Origin: a phage
Length of the DNA stretch: 64,000 bases
Sequence record: PQ724394.1
Reading direction: 5' to 3' (one strand)
Shown: one piece after another, positions 62,228-64,000 of the stretch
Layout: the number at the start of each line of letters is the position of its first letter
Position numbering within the stretch: position 1 is the stretch's first letter
The notes under the pieces: generated by a model
The model's database searches: none
What the model saw: the letters and a program-made list of their open reading frames with translations, nothing else
Told to the model about the DNA's origin: nothing
Program-made: the position numbers and the translations under genes

Positions 62228-62715
62228 TTGGTAATAATCTCGATGATGTCATCACGTGACAGGGAGTTGATAAGAACCGTTTTAGGGTTTTCACACTGGA
62301 TTTTATACGTTTCGAACATCACGCACAATTCTTCAGCGGTATGGTAAGGGCTCGAAATGCCAAGGCGATTAAACTTATCGCTTAATGGGTCGCAAATCAA
62401 ATAGAATGTGATTCCAGCGATTTTGACATTAGGCTGACTGATATTAATGAATACCTCAGCATCATACTTGGAAAGGTTGTTTTGGAGAAACTCAACCATA
62501 GAGTTAACAGCTTCCGGCATGGCTTCACGCTTTTCTTCTGCATAACGGGTAGAGTATTCTTTTTGCTTAATTTTCTTTTTAGCATTTTTAGCTAAAGTAA
62601 CACGAAGATCGGTTAGGTACCCTACTGCACGAGAACCTTTAAAAACTTGGATACCGTCAGTAGAGTCACCAAAAGCTTTAACAACCATTTCGTTGGTAAT
62701 CATTTGCATATTCAT
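62215..62715 (-). CDS. hypothetical protein (166 aa), possibly Alc-like by position
   Basis: Adjacent to and downstream of rnlA, where T4 carries alc (167 aa); size and synteny only. Confidence 0.35.
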   Translation of the reverse strand: MNMQMITNEMVVKAFGDSTDGIQVFKGSRAVGYLTDLRVTLAKNAKKKIKQKEYSTRYAEEKREAMPEAVNSMVEFLQNNLSKYDAEVFINISQPNVKIAGITFYLICDPLSDKFNRLGISSPYHTAEELCVMFETYKIQCENPKTVLINSLSRDDIIEIITKCLN

Positions 62716-62773
62716 TTTGTTTTCTCCTCATTAGTTGGTAAGTCTATACTAACACATCATGAGGAGATGTAAA

Positions 62774-63922
62774 CTACTCTATCACAATTTCTTTCAAATA
62801 TTTTTCAGGGATTTGGGCCTTATGATTTTTCAAGAACACAGAGTTAATCTGGTCCACGACTGTATCATAATTAATACCGTCTACGTACGCCTGCATAAGA
62901 ATAGAGAACAGCCCTGGGAAGTCTTTGAGGATTAACTGACCGGTAACAGCGTAGTCTTTACGGTCACGACCCTTGAGCTGAGAATATGCTGCTTCTAACA
63001 AAGCCAAGGACTGTTCTAAGTAGTCTAAATGGATACGTTCAAATGCATTGATTTTCTCGATAGCAAATGAATCGGTGCTGAACAAACCTCGGAGGTCATC
63101 AGTTCCACCAGCCACTACAACTTCAAACAAACGTTCGTTATTGTTAATGGAATCTTTGGTATGATGCAGTGCGCTATACCAAGCGGTTTTGAGTTTAAAG
63201 AACGTGCCATCTTTAAGTACAAAGATAAAGCCTTCAATACCCTCTTGTTTACGGATATTGTCAACAAAATCACCTTCAGAGAGTTCATAGCTTTTAACCA
63301 AATGCTTACGCAGAGCGCCATCTTTAAACAGTTCAGCATAAGGGATATACTCACCCGTTTCGTTATTACGAACGTTCAGTAAGATAAGGTTTGTTTCTTG
63401 GTAAGCCAGCACAATACGGTTAGTAGGCGAAACATACTCGAGGTTGCATGTGTAGCCTGCTTTAGTAATTTCTTCTAAACGAGCAGCGAAGGCCTCGTTT
63501 TCAGGGAGTCGAAGGAAACGTAAAGAATCATGTACCATCGACGAATGGATAGAGCCTTTAGATTTAACAGAAAGATATTGTCTGTCCATGAAGGTAGAAA
63601 TCAAGGAACCATCTTCCTTAGCCATTACGAGGTCGATATTTTCTTGTGATAAATCTAAACCAATAGTCAACGGGTTTTCATCGAGATTAAAGAACTTTTG
63701 CATAGGACGAGCAGCGATACGTACCGGACCATTCTCGTCCATTTCAAACATAATGCCTCGGCACTCTAGTGCGCCGTCTTCCAACCAATCACTGTATGAT
63801 GCATAGTTATAACTAAAGATGCGATAGTTGACTCCTAGAGCACTCTGGAAGTCTTTAAAGAAGAACTTAGATTTAGTTGAGTTTTTAACCAAAGTCATCA
63901 AGTTATCATATAATTCAATCAT
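62774..63922 (-). CDS. rnlA: RNA ligase 1 (Rnl1)
   Basis: 382 aa; YRIFSYNYASYSDW, ECRGIMFEMD and lysine motif KEDGSL match T4 Rnl1. Confidence 0.9.
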   Translation of the reverse strand: MIELYDNLMTLVKNSTKSKFFFKDFQSALGVNYRIFSYNYASYSDWLEDGALECRGIMFEMDENGPVRIAARPMQKFFNLDENPLTIGLDLSQENIDLVMAKEDGSLISTFMDRQYLSVKSKGSIHSSMVHDSLRFLRLPENEAFAARLEEITKAGYTCNLEYVSPTNRIVLAYQETNLILLNVRNNETGEYIPYAELFKDGALRKHLVKSYELSEGDFVDNIRKQEGIEGFIFVLKDGTFFKLKTAWYSALHHTKDSINNNERLFEVVVAGGTDDLRGLFSTDSFAIEKINAFERIHLDYLEQSLALLEAAYSQLKGRDRKDYAVTGQLILKDFPGLFSILMQAYVDGINYDTVVDQINSVFLKNHKAQIPEKYLKEIVIE

Positions 63923-64000
63923 TGCTTTATCCTATGTTGGGTATTCCAAGGTGGATTAAATTTCTTTATGAACATTGGCTCTTCAAGAGACATGGTCTCA

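Overview
This window is a contiguous segment of a T4-like (T-even type) myovirus genome, recognised from gene order and protein sequence. Plus strand, 1-30455: the late structural block, from a PAAR-like 5.4 tip through baseplate wedge genes 6-11, short tail fibre 12, fibritin (wac), neck 13/14, tail completion 15, terminase 16/17, sheath 18, tube 19, portal 20, prohead core 67/68, protease 21, scaffold 22, major capsid 23 and a tandem pair of vertex 24 genes. 30482-39198: an accessory/recombination region with RNA ligase 2 (rnlB), a plus-strand cassette encoding a collagen-like protein and a second Hoc-like protein, then hoc, inh, uvsW, uvsW.1 and uvsY. 39257-46489: the baseplate hub block 25, 26, 51, 27, 28, 29, 48, 54. 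46524-63922, all minus strand: an early-gene block with two tandem Alt-like ADP-ribosyltransferases, DNA ligase (30), HAD-like and NADAR-like proteins, rIII, co-chaperonin 31, dCMP deaminase (cd), polynucleotide kinase (pseT), a spanin pair and RNA ligase 1 (rnlA). TATAAATA late promoters, sigma70-like early and MotA-box middle promoter candidates, and many UUCG/GNRA tetraloop hairpins punctuate the genes. No tRNA, rRNA, CRISPR array or integrase was seen. The most unusual content is the collagen-like/Hoc-like cassette, the tandem vertex and Alt duplications, the NADAR-like gene and an ORF-free ~350 bp region downstream of rIII. Every homology statement is from reading the translations and recalling T4 gene order; no database search was run, and coordinates of short motifs may be off by 1-2 nt.
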